From NCBI RefSeq assembly GCF_964204645.1, contig NC_134027.1, forward strand, positions 10,572,485-10,636,484: a stretch of DNA of 64,000 nucleotides. Reading direction: 5' to 3'. Position 1 is the first letter of the stretch. Each line of letters begins with the position of its first letter. The notes beneath the pieces are model-generated. The model did no database searches and was not told where the DNA came from. It saw nothing but the letters and a program-made list of their open reading frames with translations. A program made the position numbers and the translations under genes. Source of the stretch: Tubulanus polymorphus. Lineage: Eukaryota > Animalia > Nemertea. Below, piece after piece: positions 23,887-64,000 of this stretch.

Positions 23887-25606
23887 TAGGCTGAATATTC
23901 CAACTGAGGATGGACGATCATCGAGGAAATGAGGAGATAGATCTTGGGTAGAGAGTTCGAATGTTGAAAATCCATATAAGCAAAAACAGTACAAATCTCA
24001 TTTCTAAATAGCAAATACGTTTACTAGGTTGAGTTGTTGAATGGTTTTAGATTGAACCGCGTTGATGAAAAAAAAATAACTGAAATCGTCTGTGGTTCAG
24101 TGTCGCACAGGTTGGAGTCCCGGAGAACTATGCACGCACACGTGCAACGCCAAAATCTGGGCTACGGGCCTGGTCCGACGTTATTGGTTGGACCAAACAG
24201 GCACAGGCACAGGCCCATATGGCATGAGTGTGACCAGTTGTTCGGGGCCAAAACTTGACTTCTGTGATCGCAGCTTACATGTGGTTAGAACTTGTGGCAC
24301 CGTGGACTGGCTCCTCATGAGTGAAGGACACGCCCTAACGCATTTATGTCAGCAATTTACTAATGAGAAATATTGGCTCGATTTGAATAATTGAAGTCTA
24401 GAAGAAACTACTAGGTCACTCATTGCCTAATCCTTCGTTCCTGCATGGATGCATCTCGGGTTAGAACTGGTTGGTATATGCGCATATTTGAGATATTATC
24501 GGATCAAATTCTTTTTTCGAGAGTTCACTCGAAAAGACAGCACGCTCCCATTTACATGTATAGTATGCTGGTAAAAGGTATGCTGATTGCTTTATCGGTT
24601 AACGTTTAATTGGTAATTATTGACACGAAAACAGGAAGCTTAAAGCTCCTGTAATCGATAGTCCATTCGATTTCGATATATATATATATATATATCGGAA
24701 TTTTTCATAGAAACTCGTATTATATAAAAAGGTCGATTGATCTGTTCGAAGCGCGCTGATTAGTGATTAATTTTTAAATGGTTTTGCACGAGGCAGCGGT
24801 TATAACGTCCCCCGCGGCAGATGGAAAATGAATTCGAAATTGTCGGCGTGAATATTGGAAACGCCGGTGGTATGAAAAAAAAGCCGAAAGTGTGTGTTAA
24901 TACTTTATTAAGTGTCATGGATGAGTGGGTGGCATGCTGTAAAATGTACATATATATGTAGGCTTATTGAAATAGAACGAAAATGGTACACGCCTTTTGT
25001 GCATTCCTATGCATCGGAATGCTTTCAGCCGGAATAACGAGGACCCTCTAAAATTAATTGATTAGACAGAAATGCAGCCATTGTCTTACATATCTGACTG
25101 AGCTCATCAATCCATGTTGCATTCCCTGTAAAATTCATAAGTTTTATCAACCATAATGCAATTCTGAAAATGTCAACAGTTCAGTTCGAACATGGCCTCC
25201 GAATCTTTCAATGCATTCGCTGAAATTTGTGAATGTACCCCTGTATAAAGGCTCCGGAAACCATGACTACTGGAAAAGTATCGGAATGATGTTTGTATGT
25301 AATATTGCATAATACATAAGTCAAATCGATAAACATGAATTCATGTTATTGGATTGCTGCCATATTGGCTTCGATATAACGTGACAGTCATATTTATTCA
25401 TATCAGTTATCCATCGTATTTATTTGATTTCAGTATTCAATTACGCATCTCAAAATCTCGAAACTATGTGTGACACTTGGACCACGATCTTCGCTCAATT
25501 TTGGCTTGATTTCTTGTACATCCAAGCTTACTTTTCATATTTTTTGGAATACTCTTCAACGCTAAGTAGAGAAGATACCATATAAAATGAATGTACGATT
25601 ATATTT

Positions 25607-25990
25607 CCATGGTACGCATGATGATGGCTAATAGTCTTTAGCTGGAACGTTACTCAAATATAAATATATGCGCTTCTATACACGAATCAAGATGAATATA
25701 GAATAGATATCCCAGAATAATTCAGCGAAAGATGAAAAATTCATGAATAAAAGTTAATGTGTATATATTTGAGAAACGTTTCGGTTAATGACTATTAGCC
25801 ATCATCAGGCTTACCATGGACGTATAAGTTAGATTTATATGTCCTCGGATGTACTGAGAACAGAATAAATTTTCAGGATATTCATACAAGAATCAATGGA
25901 TTGAGTGAGTGATTAAAAAGTTGAAAGGAGAGCTGATTGGTTACAGAATTTTTCATCTTCGGCTGAATTATTGCCGGATTTCTCTCTTAT
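25607..25990. repeat. Interleaved inverted repeats, one containing a hammerhead-like core
   Basis: IR A 25607-25662 / 25764-25819; IR B about 25697-25742 / 25946-25990. Confidence 0.75.
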
Positions 25991-26514
25991 ACTTAACAAT
26001 GCGCTTGGTCCAGGTTCTTGGCAGGTTAATGATTTATAGTTCCTGTTTATAGTTCCATTTTTTGGCCTGCCATAAGCTGAGCCTATTGCTATAGAAATTG
26101 AGTGAATTTAAATGAAATAGTTTCCAGAGGAAAGGCGAAGATTATCTGAGGTATATATGTTCCTGCCATCTCCCCATCTGTGTTACTTATGAAAACACGA
26201 TTTGTGTAAATCATATTAAGTGGTGAATTTTGGTGAATTCGGCACCAGCGAAGTACAATATTTCGTAAACGCCGAATATAGTGTGAACGCGGCTTATGAA
26301 AAGCAGACAGGTTGGCCAAAGTGTCCCTTGGGGCTCTTGTTCTGATAGATATCGATGCATCTTCATATACCAATCGTGCGAGAGAAAATAAATTTAAAAA
26401 ACGTATTAACGAAATACCATGCACTGGGACCTGTGACAGCTTGTTAGATATTTAAAACGTGCATAAATTTAAAACTATCAAACACATAATGTATATTGAA
26501 GATTTTAAATAAAT

Positions 26515-26571
26515 ATGGCGTTATCATTTGTATGCAGTTACGCGAGGATATTGCAAAGATATCTTTGCGAG
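26515..26571 (+). CDS. Candidate RhoGEF first coding exon C
   Basis: MALSFVCSYARILQRYLCE, donor GAG|GTAAGC, phase 0. Confidence 0.3.
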
Positions 26572-27129
26572 GTAAGCCGAAGTAATTGACGATTTTTTGT
26601 TGGTATGAATAGTTTATGTTTTCATGAATACTTAGGTGTCATTTTTGAAAGTGACACTTGTATATTCGATTCGTTACCCGATACTGTGTACGTCTAACTA
26701 CGTTCAATTGCTTCCCTTGGGTAGAAGTAACATCGGAACTGCTGCTAAGCACCTAGCCGTCATCTACCTGACTAAGTTTCCTGCAATTGGTCCTGGATGA
26801 AATAAGGCAGCAACGAGGAAATTGATCTCGCCCTTATGATCATTTGCAATGAGTTCGAACTGAAGCAAGCCGGCATATTTTGATACGACATTTTCCGAAA
26901 TCGATGGAAATGTTATCAGCTCGAATGACTGCGATCGACATTTTATGTCCGACATTTACGCAAACTGTTACAGCGTTTGCTTCATCAGGAATTCTAATTC
27001 TAACAAACAAACACATACTACGTGCGATGAATATGTCTGTCTTCTATGGACTTGATCGTACACCACGATTAACATCAGCCTGAACGACCATTTTGAATCG
27101 AATTGTTTGTCATTGAATCTGATTCATAA

Positions 27130-27599
27130 AACCGAGATCACACGACGACGATTTGGCCCGGGCCAAATTGGCACGGATCAGGCCTGAGTCAAATTTGGCC
27201 CATGCCTAATAAGCGCCCGTTAACACATTAATCACTCATTCAATACTAAACAATGCGTAAGGATTCATTTCTGGAACCTGTCATAATTCACATGCAGTAA
27301 TTTGACCCGTGCTAAAATTTGGCTCGGGCTGGGTCGACGTTTTTGGTCAGCCCAAATTCGGCTTGGGCCAAATAGTGAACAGTTCTTCTGGGCCAAATTT
27401 GGCCCAAGGAGTCATTCATTATATTTTGTACGCATTAGGCAAAGGGGGGTAAGTGCAATTATGTACTGTTATGCTTAATGCATATGAAAAAATGGCTGAT
27501 TTTGCGTATGTTGGTGGAGGGGCGTTGAAAAATTCAAATTTCATGCGCACGTAATAAATGAATGATTCCCGGGCCAAAAAGGCTTGAGTGATCGCGGCT
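27130..27599 (+). mobile_element. GGGCCAAATTTGGCCC-rich MITE family copy with nested insertion (27408-27570)
   Basis: Ends ..CGAGATCACACG / GTGATCGCGGCT; body aligns by eye to 34010-34309. Confidence 0.85.
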
Positions 27600-28273
27600 T
27601 TGAAATGAAGCGCTGGAAGCTATTAGATGATCTAAATACCTGGGATTGGGAGTGTTGGTTGAACGTTACAGCAATTTTTCCGAGTGACTTTCCTGTTGTT
27701 TACTCTGTGACTCGATCTTATTTGCATCTCGGTTGAATTCGCGATCGAGATGATGCTCGCGTTGGCAATGATTCTTAGCAAATGTTGATTCGACAAATTA
27801 GGCATTTATACGAAAAGTTGAATTTAACTAAATCTAAAATCAAACACTCTTGGGATCTGTTCAAATTTGTTCATGTTCGTCAAAAACAGCTTTGGAATCT
27901 TTTTAAGTATTGGTTGATTTTTTTAGATAGAATTTATATTTCGCGCATCCGGCCCGTGCCGAGGGGCAGTTCTATTTCAAGAAAAGGGGCTTTTTCACCG
28001 TGAAAAGGGACACTTTCCTATTAACAATAGATAGATCTTAAATGTGATTCCCGCCAAATAGTAAATCTGAGTGCCTGAATAAATCATTTGAGAATGGATT
28101 ACTTTTTACTATACAAAAAAGACAGTAACTGGGAAAATGGTATCCAAATTTTGAAAAAACCATGACCCGAATTTTTTTACACTTTTTTGACTTTTTGAAA
28201 GGCACTTTGATGAAAATTTTAGGGCCTCAGCACGGTCCTGCTAATTGTAAATAACTCTTTTATCTCTTTGCAG

Positions 28274-54866
<26,593 letters not shown>

Positions 54867-54947
54867 GTAGGTGATACAAAGCTTTTCCAGGTGTTGGAGA
54901 TATCTAAAATGGACAATGATTCCACATTTTTCTAGATGACTTTATGA

Positions 54948-55201
54948 CAGGGTGGCCACTGACCTGGAAAACCTGGAAAGCCTGGAAAACTCATGAAAAA
55001 ATCAAGGAAAACTCAGGAAATTTGACTGAAACTCAACAAAAACACCTGAAAAACTTCGGGGAATTCGTATAATGTTGCTATTGTCCACGTGTTTCTTTAT
55101 CAGTTCGTGATTCAATGAAAACCCAATGAATTGTAACAGTTTAAACTTTGGGAAAAACTCAAATTTGGGGTTTGTAAATGGATTGTAAAGTGGCCACCCT
55201 G
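54948..55201. mobile_element. CAGGGTGGCCAC MITE with 6-bp TSD; relative at 29944-30162
   Basis: Perfect TIR CAGGGTGGCCACT / AGTGGCCACCCTG flanked by TTATGA on both sides; internal GGAAAACTC repeats. Confidence 0.88.
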
Positions 55202-58200
55202 TTATGAGGTTATTTATTTGAATTGGGATCATCGTTCAGCTCAATCCCAAATGACAGACATCATTTCATTTTGGCATCAGGAATATTGAAGATTACAGAA
55301 GGCTATTTAGATTACAAATGTTTGCAGAAAACTACTGGATACTGCAATCTTTTTACCTATGGACTGACCTGGGTTGGATTAGACCTAAACTTGATTGCTT
55401 CCTTTTCGTGCCATTGTTTATTTTTAAAGTTAATCTAGAAAACGTTTCTGATTGAATTCTTCATTTTGTTGGAAATAATTCAGCACTTTAAACAGTTACT
55501 TCTCTGATATCAACCAGGTGGTGCCACTGTACAGACTATCGTTGGTGCATTGTGTACATAGCCACTAAGTATTCCATACAGTACTGTGTGTTTGAGGTTT
55601 GATGTGATAAACTTTCATGGATTTATGGTTTGAATACATACAGAGGTAACCCGCAAAATTCTGATAATATTATCGGAAAGGCTGAAGTACACATCTTAGA
55701 GGCTATTTAGGATTATTTTTGAAAACTGTTTACATCGTGGAAGTAAGTAAAAGTTGGTATTTGATAACTTTTCTCACATCAGAACATAGAGGCTAACTGA
55801 TCAGTTGTAATATAGGTCAGTATCATTTCTCTGGAATTTGCTATTTTGTCATACATATATGATGTATGATAGGTCAGAATGAATCATGGCATGAGGGAAA
55901 ACTGGAATTTTTAGTACAGATTTACGGATTTGTGTCTGGTGCATCAAGAAGCTGCATTTACTTGGCAATGAAATTTAATCTACAATTCGAAACAGGAAAA
56001 TTTGACGGTTTTTTCCGAAATAATAAGGAAATGTGTTTTCAAAAGTTACGTTTTGATAAATCTTCTTTCTCGTCCACTAAAAAGATGTACCTAACTACTT
56101 CACCAGAACACAGTGCGGTACATGAGTATACATCAACATCTTTGATGATTGAAGTCTGGTTTCTATAATTAGCCCATGTTTTCTATAATAACACCCTACT
56201 TCGCTACTGTATAGTTCTGCAGTGTTCAGACCTGATGTTGGATACTGATCTGGCTTTTAAACCGGAGTAAACTGAAATTTTACATTCTGCCTTAGTACGA
56301 AATTGACTAAAAATCTTCTTCAAAACATGAAAAACTTGATGAAAACAATGATGTCTGGAAAAGAGCTTAAAATGAATTGACCATTCTCTTTTGAATCGAA
56401 ATGTACATGTATATACTATGAGCTGCTGTCATCGCGCAAATCTAAAAGGTTTCAAATCATGATGAACACATGTTCATCCTGTGCACTCGGCTAATCCTGA
56501 AAATCAATCAATTTACTCCGGATGTTCAACACATGCGTGTCTCATTAATTAATTTGTTTAAATTGAATCAATTAATTTAGAGAGCGAGTAGACTGGTGCG
56601 AGAATAAGCGAAACGTTTCTTTGAAGGATTAGATCCGATTGATGTTAGAATTTGAATAGATGGGTTGATTGTAAGCTTAAATTTCATGATTAAAACCAGT
56701 GACATTAAATTTAAATGTTGAAACCGTTTTAAGATTTTGGGTCCGTCACCATTGTTATACGCCTCTCTGCTGCCATGGTATCACAGGCTTTTCTATAAAT
56801 GATATTGTACTTTTTGGATTGTTGAGAATCTTCAATATTTACGCCGGATTCTCAAGTTTTTTGATGAAGGCCTGTTTAAACACTTTAGTGGCCCACCTGT
56901 GATGAGAGTATTTGCTGAACAGATGGTTACGGTAGTATCAACAAAATGAGCATAAGGTGTATACGAAGAATGGTGTTGTGACAAGCATTTATGTGGAGCA
57001 TTTATGTCTTGTCACTGTTCGTCCTTGTAGTCAACAATCGCTACAAATGGTCTCGACCGGTCTATTTGGAATATAAACATTTGGGGTATTTCTTCTTGAC
57101 CAGAGATATAGGATTTCCACAAGGCAGGATTCAGTTCATCAGTTGTGGTGAGTTAACTCGGTGAGTTGAGTCAAATAAATCATAACTCAGAACTGTGGAA
57201 ATGGGTCCATGGCTTCAATCATCGGACAAATGGTAAATATACCATTATTGGTAGTAAGCGGTTGCAGTTTCTGGTTATTTTTAGGGGCTGTAATCTTGAG
57301 GGGTAAAGCACCTTAGAAAATCTAGTTAATTAGATGAATATATGCAATTTTTGCACACGCAGGAAAAGAATTCCCTATTCCTGGTGTGATCAAACAATTG
57401 CTTATAAAGTTGAAGCCAAAATGAGTGTATTTTAGAACTCCCTGGTTAAAGGTTTATTTGTAAGGCCAGATTTCATCTAGGGCATTAAGCCAAATATCTT
57501 TCAGGCGTAACAGGGCTTGGCCTGACTTCTAAGTTCAAACATTGTGTAGGTGTCTAGCAGGTCATCAAACATTAAGTCGGCTAATGTTATTGAAGATTTG
57601 AGTTTTCTTTGGGTTGACACTTTATCTAAGTACTATTTACAGGCCCCTCTTGACCAGTGTACAAGAAATCGAGATAATAGGTGAAACACAATGTTTCCCT
57701 TCAGCAATATGCGTGTAGACAAGGGACAGGTATAGATCCTGTGGATTTTATGAAACTCATTAATCAAGGCACTTCGCCAAAAAAGGGAAACATTTTTTCG
57801 AAGAATCTGAAAAAGTCACTTTCTGCTATACGACGGCACAAACTTCTGAAAATGATATTCTGAAATAGCCCTAAATTGCATATTCTTGATAACCATATGT
57901 TCTAGACCAGGGACTACTATTTGAGAGTAGTTTCTTCTCAATAGATCAACTACTCCTAAAAATATTAAAGTATGTAATCTTTCAAAATTAGAATAATCTC
58001 TTGTTCGTTTACTTTGTTTAATATCAAATTACTCTTCAATTTTGGTGCAAACTACTACAATTAAAGATATCAGGTACCGCAGTCTGATTTTCTCTGACCA
58101 CTGCCGGAATGCTTTATTCCGCGAAAACCTGGTAAAACCCTCATGTTTTGCTGCTAGATTTGCCAGTGAAGGAAATAACTTTTAAATCAATAATTCTATT

Positions 58201-58672
58201 GTGAAATGATAAGGAAACTTTCCATTGTGATTTGTAGTTATTTTTGGGGTAAATTAGGTTCAATTGCTCTTATCACACATCTATAAACTTTATATCAAGT
58301 GTAGCCTACATGACGTGGCAGTTCCAAACTGTCCTGGCTAAAGTTCTGCGATGACAGATTACATCATGTATTCAAGCACGTAACCTAACGTAATGATAGT
58401 TGCACTTAATTTTCAATTAGGACTTGTCGTTTCGGAGGCAAGCACGTTAATTGCAGCTGAATATACTGGTAATTTTGCAGACTCATCCGCCATTGCGTTC
58501 CCATCTGGTGCGTTGAAACTCTATTCCCAGATGAGATGAAGGTTCAATCTCTTTGAGTTTTCTGCGGGCAACGTTTGCCATCGGTGAAACGTGCAAAGGT
58601 TCCGCAAAGAACAGCTTAAAAAACGATGCGTAGCATTCGAACAGACATAGCACGGCAGGGTTTTGTACCGAT

Positions 58673-58986
58673 ACTGCGATCGCATGAGCATTTTTGGCCC
58701 GGAATATCTGTTCACACGGGTGTAGAATGGGCTCGTGCCTGTTAGGCCTGGGCCAAATAAATGTGGCCCGACCAAAATGTCGGACCAGGGCCAAGCCGAA
58801 TTCTAGCACGAGTCAAATTTTTGCATGTGAATTGCAACCGGTTCCTGAAGTGTCTCACTTCTCTTTATTTTAGTATTGAGTGGTTTAAGTGTCAACACGC
58901 TCTCTAATAATGCACGGGCTAAATTTGACTAGGCCTGATCTGTGCTAATTTGACCCGGGCAAAATAATCGCTGTGTGATCGTGGCT
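58673..58986 (-). mobile_element. GGGCCAAAT-rich MITE copy, reverse orientation, full length
   Basis: ACTGCGATCGCA ... TGTGTGATCGTGGCT with the shared body. Confidence 0.85.
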
Positions 58987-61812
58987 CATGGCAGAGCCTT
59001 GATGCCATCAGGTTTGAATCGCAGCTAACAGCGGTTGATATCCTAGTTATCTCGGCGCCGCGATAGGTCAAAATCAAGTATTTATAGTTTTGCCCAGATT
59101 TCAGGCGTGTTGTCCCTGAGGTTTATGCGATGAAAATTGAACTTTCCAAAATCAATATGCTTATCAACATTGTATTGAGGGAAGTGAAGTGCATGTCATT
59201 GTTCAGGAATTTCACATGACACAATTCAATTTGCAGTCAGATATCTCTCTTCTATGTAAAAAGAATTCATGATACTTAGCTAACTTTTTGGAAATGATGG
59301 AATGTAAATACGTAACTTCATTTCGGAACCTAAAAAAGTTTTATTTATAGGACTAGAATATAATAACCCGTTGTTTGCCTAAGTAGTATCTATAGGCAGC
59401 CAGGGACGTAAAATGCGAAGTTGCTTTGTCAGAATTTTTGAATTTTGAACGATAGATACTGATATGCATGGAGATTGCATTGTAAGTATATTCTCCCTGG
59501 AATGCAGCGCTCACATATCTCAAAATATATTCGCATAGATTTCTAAACACAGGGAGAAATGCAAAATACGTGCATACTAGAAGAATATATCGATATTCGT
59601 CATTGTTTAGAAACCGAGGAATTTTTCGTTCCAAGAATGTGAGCATTTCGACCTTTGTTGAGAATTTGTTTTACGGCTTTAACGATATCACGAAAAGAAA
59701 TTGCTTAATAGTAATAGACAGAAAGCTGATCTTCACAATATATAATCAGGATTGAACTGCGTTCTGAACTGCGTGACCATTCATTATTACCAGCATGTAT
59801 TTATTTTGAGTCTCATGTATTTGAGACACGACCAGTAATAGGAAAATGTTGTGTGACAAGATGTGTATTTTTATGAATTTTTATGGTTTGCGATTTATGT
59901 ATATAACCATAAATACATAAAGATACCTGTTTATGTATTTTTTATATGACTGGTAGACTGGGGATTCTTTTTAGTAGCGACTCAGACACACGTAAGCCAA
60001 CGTATGGGAAATACTCTAGGCTTGAATTGTTTGTTAGAAAATGCATGTTTTTCGCATTGCCAAAGCATTCTTCAATGAATAGAACAGCACGGTATTTTTA
60101 ATGTAATAGATGTGCCACAGGTGGCAGGTTCCCTTTGGTCCTGGTTGGATTATTTACTAGATTTGATACCCTCAATTATAACGATAGAAAGGCCGCTTTT
60201 GCTTTTTGCGCTAGCGCCATGTATGTTTTATTTGATATGCGATTATCAATTTGCGTTTATGCATTTTTGGCGGGATTACGACCAAGAAGGATTTATGAAT
60301 GTGGTCGACTTTGGCTATCGGGCCGAAAGAAAATTTATTGATTTAATTTCAATCATTAAGAGAAATGAATCAAAAATCAGAATTATTTAGGAATAATTTC
60401 TTTTCAGATACAATCTCATAATGTTTTCAACCTGAATTTTCGAAGCTGCAGCTACACAATAATGACAAAACTTTTCTGAAAAAAGCCTTTTCGCTATCAA
60501 TGAAAATGTATGCGTCGAACAATGTCTCTTTATTACTTCAGCTGTAGGCTACTAAAAGGGTCTCCTGATAGAAATTAAGTTGCTATACTTTATTGACCGG
60601 TGGGCAACTGGATCCAGGTGTCAACTGTCCAAAAAATAATTACCCAGTGATGATTCTTTTAAAAAAACTTATTGAAAAGCGATAAAAGTGCCCGCTACAT
60701 GAAAACTACATTGAAAATCACAACAAAACAAATCCGGTGAGGACAATCAGGACCCAGTTCCAAAGTTCTTTCGTTGAGTTTGACCCTTAGAGTTCATTTC
60801 CACTATTTTGACGTTTGAGTCGAATAGTTGTCAAGAACTGTGGGGATCCAGTTGTTAAGGATCATCAAACGATTTACCCTAGTTTAATGCCTGATTTCTG
60901 GACTTGGGAGGTCAAACCATGTTAATCCATTACTGATTTCTTTCTAAGTACCTATGTAAACCAGCGTTACGTTTACAAGCCTACCTCTTCACTGTAACCG
61001 TCTAAGCAGTTTTCCAACATTTCTCGATTATGGCAAAAAGGTTTCTTGACGAAAGACATCTCGCCGGAGATGCCGGTGCTAGAACGGCTTATTATTAAAG
61101 GAATGGTGGTTAAAGGGTTAACGTTCCAGCGTGGCTACCTCCACATCACTGCCGACGAGAGTTTTGTGTCTGATGAATGACTCAAGCTAGTTCGTTCTAT
61201 TCCGATTTGATTGGCTGTTCTCTGTCGGGAACTCTCTGACCTAGAATACCGGAATTCTCAACATGTGTTGTAGTCGAGTCTAATCTGTTGTACGTATATT
61301 GTGTTGTTATGTGTATCAGCCACGGTGGTGGTGCGTATCGCGTGTTCCAGTGTGGTTTGAAGAGTGGATTTTCGAAGGATTTTATGCAATTTTTGTGATT
61401 AAACAAGATACGTAAGTATGTCGGGTGTATGTGTATAAACACCAGATTTTCAACCGTTGTTGTATGCGTTACATGTGCTACTAAACATCCATTGTCTGTT
61501 GAGCTAGTCTAAGCAACATGTTTTCATTTGCATATACATGGCCTAACTGCCAACATGTACCGGTGATCATCTGAATTCAAATAGGAGATTTCGCTTATCA
61601 AATTTCAAATCGCAAAATTATTCTTACGTGATTTGTTAGTTTCGTGCGTTACTTATTCACTGAGGCACTAAAAGGGATCGTCGGGTCATGTTATTTCTCA
61701 TGTTGAACTGGAGTACATTTCAAATTTCATTAGCTAGTTGATGGCTAAGGTTTTCTGATATTCTATGAAATTCGTGTCATGAAATGTCACAGTTTACATT
61801 CTAAATTTAGTT

Positions 61813-61815
<3 letters not shown>

Positions 61816-61871
<56 letters not shown>
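61816..61871. repeat. (AT)n microsatellite
   Basis: Uninterrupted AT run. Confidence 0.97.
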
Positions 61872-61878
<7 letters not shown>

Positions 61879-63862
61879 ATATTGATATGATATCTGCAGA
61901 CCTCAGGTTTACATGACTAGATTGTATTGTACATGTACAAAGATAATAAACCTTAGATAAATATAGTTCATCAGTTGTTGAATAATGTCATGAAATGTGT
62001 GTAGAGGTCCACGTATTCGCAGGAACCTATTTCTAGCTTTTTCTCCTCAATGCCAAGTAACGCCTATTCCAATTTTTCTTTGTCACAATTTTGCTGCTTT
62101 TGCTTCATTTTTATGCATGAACTTTCCTATCATACAGCACTAGGGGGTGTTGATCTATTTTTGTATAATTGATTCATCTGATATTGTTGAACCTATGGTT
62201 ATGGAGAGTATTGAGTGTAATGATATCGATCTAGATCTATACTTATGAGCATAGGCAGCTGGATACTGAGCTTATACTGACGTCTCTACATCAGGTTCCT
62301 ATTGATATGTAATATGTTCTGAGTCCATGGTTCTAGATAGCGGAGATGATTTCTTGAGCTCTCTTCCTCATCATATTTTCACTAGAAAATTCTATTCAAC
62401 TTTTTCACAATGACTGAACGGGTGCCCTTCCACAGTATTGTACATCTCATTCATTTGGATTCTTAAAAGATCAAGCTCAAATATATGCTGCTGGCAAGGT
62501 GTGTCCCAATGAAAAGGTTTTTTAGTGTGATGGTAAACAATATAATGGGGCTCATGATGGTGTAACGAGCACATACGAATGAATTTTGCGAATTATGATG
62601 TGGCTCTCCCCATTGCAAAGCTGTCAGGTTCACAAATGGAATATGAGCTGATTGACAAAGTTATTGCTTTGTCTTATTGTTAGAGTTTTCATATTCAAAT
62701 GATGTATTTCAGTCGCAGCACGACTTCAGCCTCGGGGTCTGTCTGTGAGTCTCACACGAGTTCAGGGGATGTGACTGCCCTTACTAGATTTTGAAATATT
62801 ACGTTGTATTGAACGTTTCGATCAAATGAATGATGTCCAGGTCGTCCTTTATTAATTGAACAAAGGACCCGATACTTCAAAATGCGCGCAGCAACTTTAA
62901 GCATATCTAAATATCAGATCGACACTAGTAAAAGTACAAACATATTCGAGTATTTGAATGAGTGAATTGAAATGTGGCATATGGTGTCATTTGGAGTTGA
63001 GTTTCACTGAATGAGGAACTTAATAAGTGGGATTTGAAGCATTTTGTGCGGTTTTCATCAGGTTGCACGCGGTGTAGGTATAAGTGCTATGATAAAACTT
63101 TTAAAGACTGCCGACTGTTATTTCGCTGTGTACTTAAGGTCGTGGTAGCTCAATTTGAAAGTGTTCTTGGAAAAATTCAAGGAAACAAATGTACAATACT
63201 CTATTCTGAGTGAACAATATTTGACGTGGAGTTACTTGTATTTCAAATGACCATTGATTTGGTATCTTGTCTGCATCTTCTCGAAATCCTTTGTCATTAG
63301 TAAAGTTACCAATAATTAGTACTGTGTGCTCTATCCTCCAGCGAAGCTACCCCATCTTGTGTGGCTTTGCGAAGTCACGATTACCGGAAACCATGTCTGC
63401 ATACTGCTGATAATAACTTTTTCAAACGTTCCTGTTGTCTGTGGGTTAAAACCGAATTGGTAAATTTTTCCGATAAAACAATAACAATGTGTCTTCGTAG
63501 TACAGAACAGTTCGCGTTGGTTATTGCTGCAATTAGATTGTCACGAAAGGACACACACGTGTATTCCCATCGTAGCAGACAATAGTTAGCTCTCGTTCGA
63601 CGATCGCGCCAACAGCTTGAGTCGTACCCTTCCATATACCATTTATCAAGCGCTGATTTTTAATGACGCTTTTGTCCGAGACGCACAAGGGAGGCGATTA
63701 TGCAAATATCGCTCAACGCGCAAGTCGTAGCGATATTCGAGACACTCAAGTGTCGTAGTTTGAACTAAGTGAAAAAATTCTGTTTTTTTTATAACACTTG
63801 AGAAACCTGCATTCACTTACGTTGTTACTAGAGTGGTAATTGTTTCTGCAGCTTTTTAATGA

Positions 63863-63987
63863 TGGGACCATTCGTTAATTTAGTACGCACGTTGCTTAAA
63901 ATTAACAAACCATCAATGTATGCTTGTGTACAGGGGGAGGGGGATAAAAAATTGGAATTATATGTGTACATAATAAATGAATTTCCC
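63863..63987. mobile_element. Degenerate relative of the element nested at 27408-27570
   Basis: GGGACCATTCGTTAATTTAGTACGCA ... TACATAATAAATGAATTTCCC. Confidence 0.5.
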
Positions 63988-64000
63988 GAGAAGAACAGAT

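Noticed and set aside
58483-58809. 108-aa and 84-aa minus-strand ORFs
   Set aside because: Largely derived from a MITE copy; no protein motifs.
61200-61420. CCAAT motif followed by a GTAAGT donor, possible internal first exon
   Set aside because: ATGs hit stops before the donor and no partner exon is visible; not supportable.
55202-64000. Further RhoGEF exons (DH/PH)
   Set aside because: No phase-0 exon with recognisable spectrin or DH sequence found by eye; presumed long intron continuing past the window.

Overview
AT-rich, intron-rich animal genomic DNA, probably an invertebrate; no prokaryotic features. Two spliced genes lie head-to-head around a CpG-rich promoter at about 14.3-14.95 kb. 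(1) Minus strand: a complete DNA topoisomerase IB gene (TOP1) with 16 coding exons from ATG 13022 to stop 3414 (2583 nt, 860 aa); all GT-AG junctions and phases were checked by hand. An upstream exon (14846-14714) splices in frame and would add a 49-aa Arg-rich leader resembling a mitochondrial presequence, i.e. a possible single-gene nuclear plus mitochondrial TOP1. (2) Plus strand: the 5' half of a puratrophin-1/PLEKHG4/PLEKHG4B/ARHGEF40-type RhoGEF (N-terminal module, CRAL-TRIO/Sec14-like domain, spectrin-like repeats; no DH-PH exons found in the window), with up to five candidate alternative first coding exons, one carrying an N-myristoylation motif. Introns contain many MITE families (piggyBac-, Harbinger-, pogo- and hAT-like ends), a foldback element with tRNA-like (Pol III A/B-box) arms, a hammerhead-like inverted repeat, a 63-bp decayed MAPK fragment and (AT)n microsatellites.
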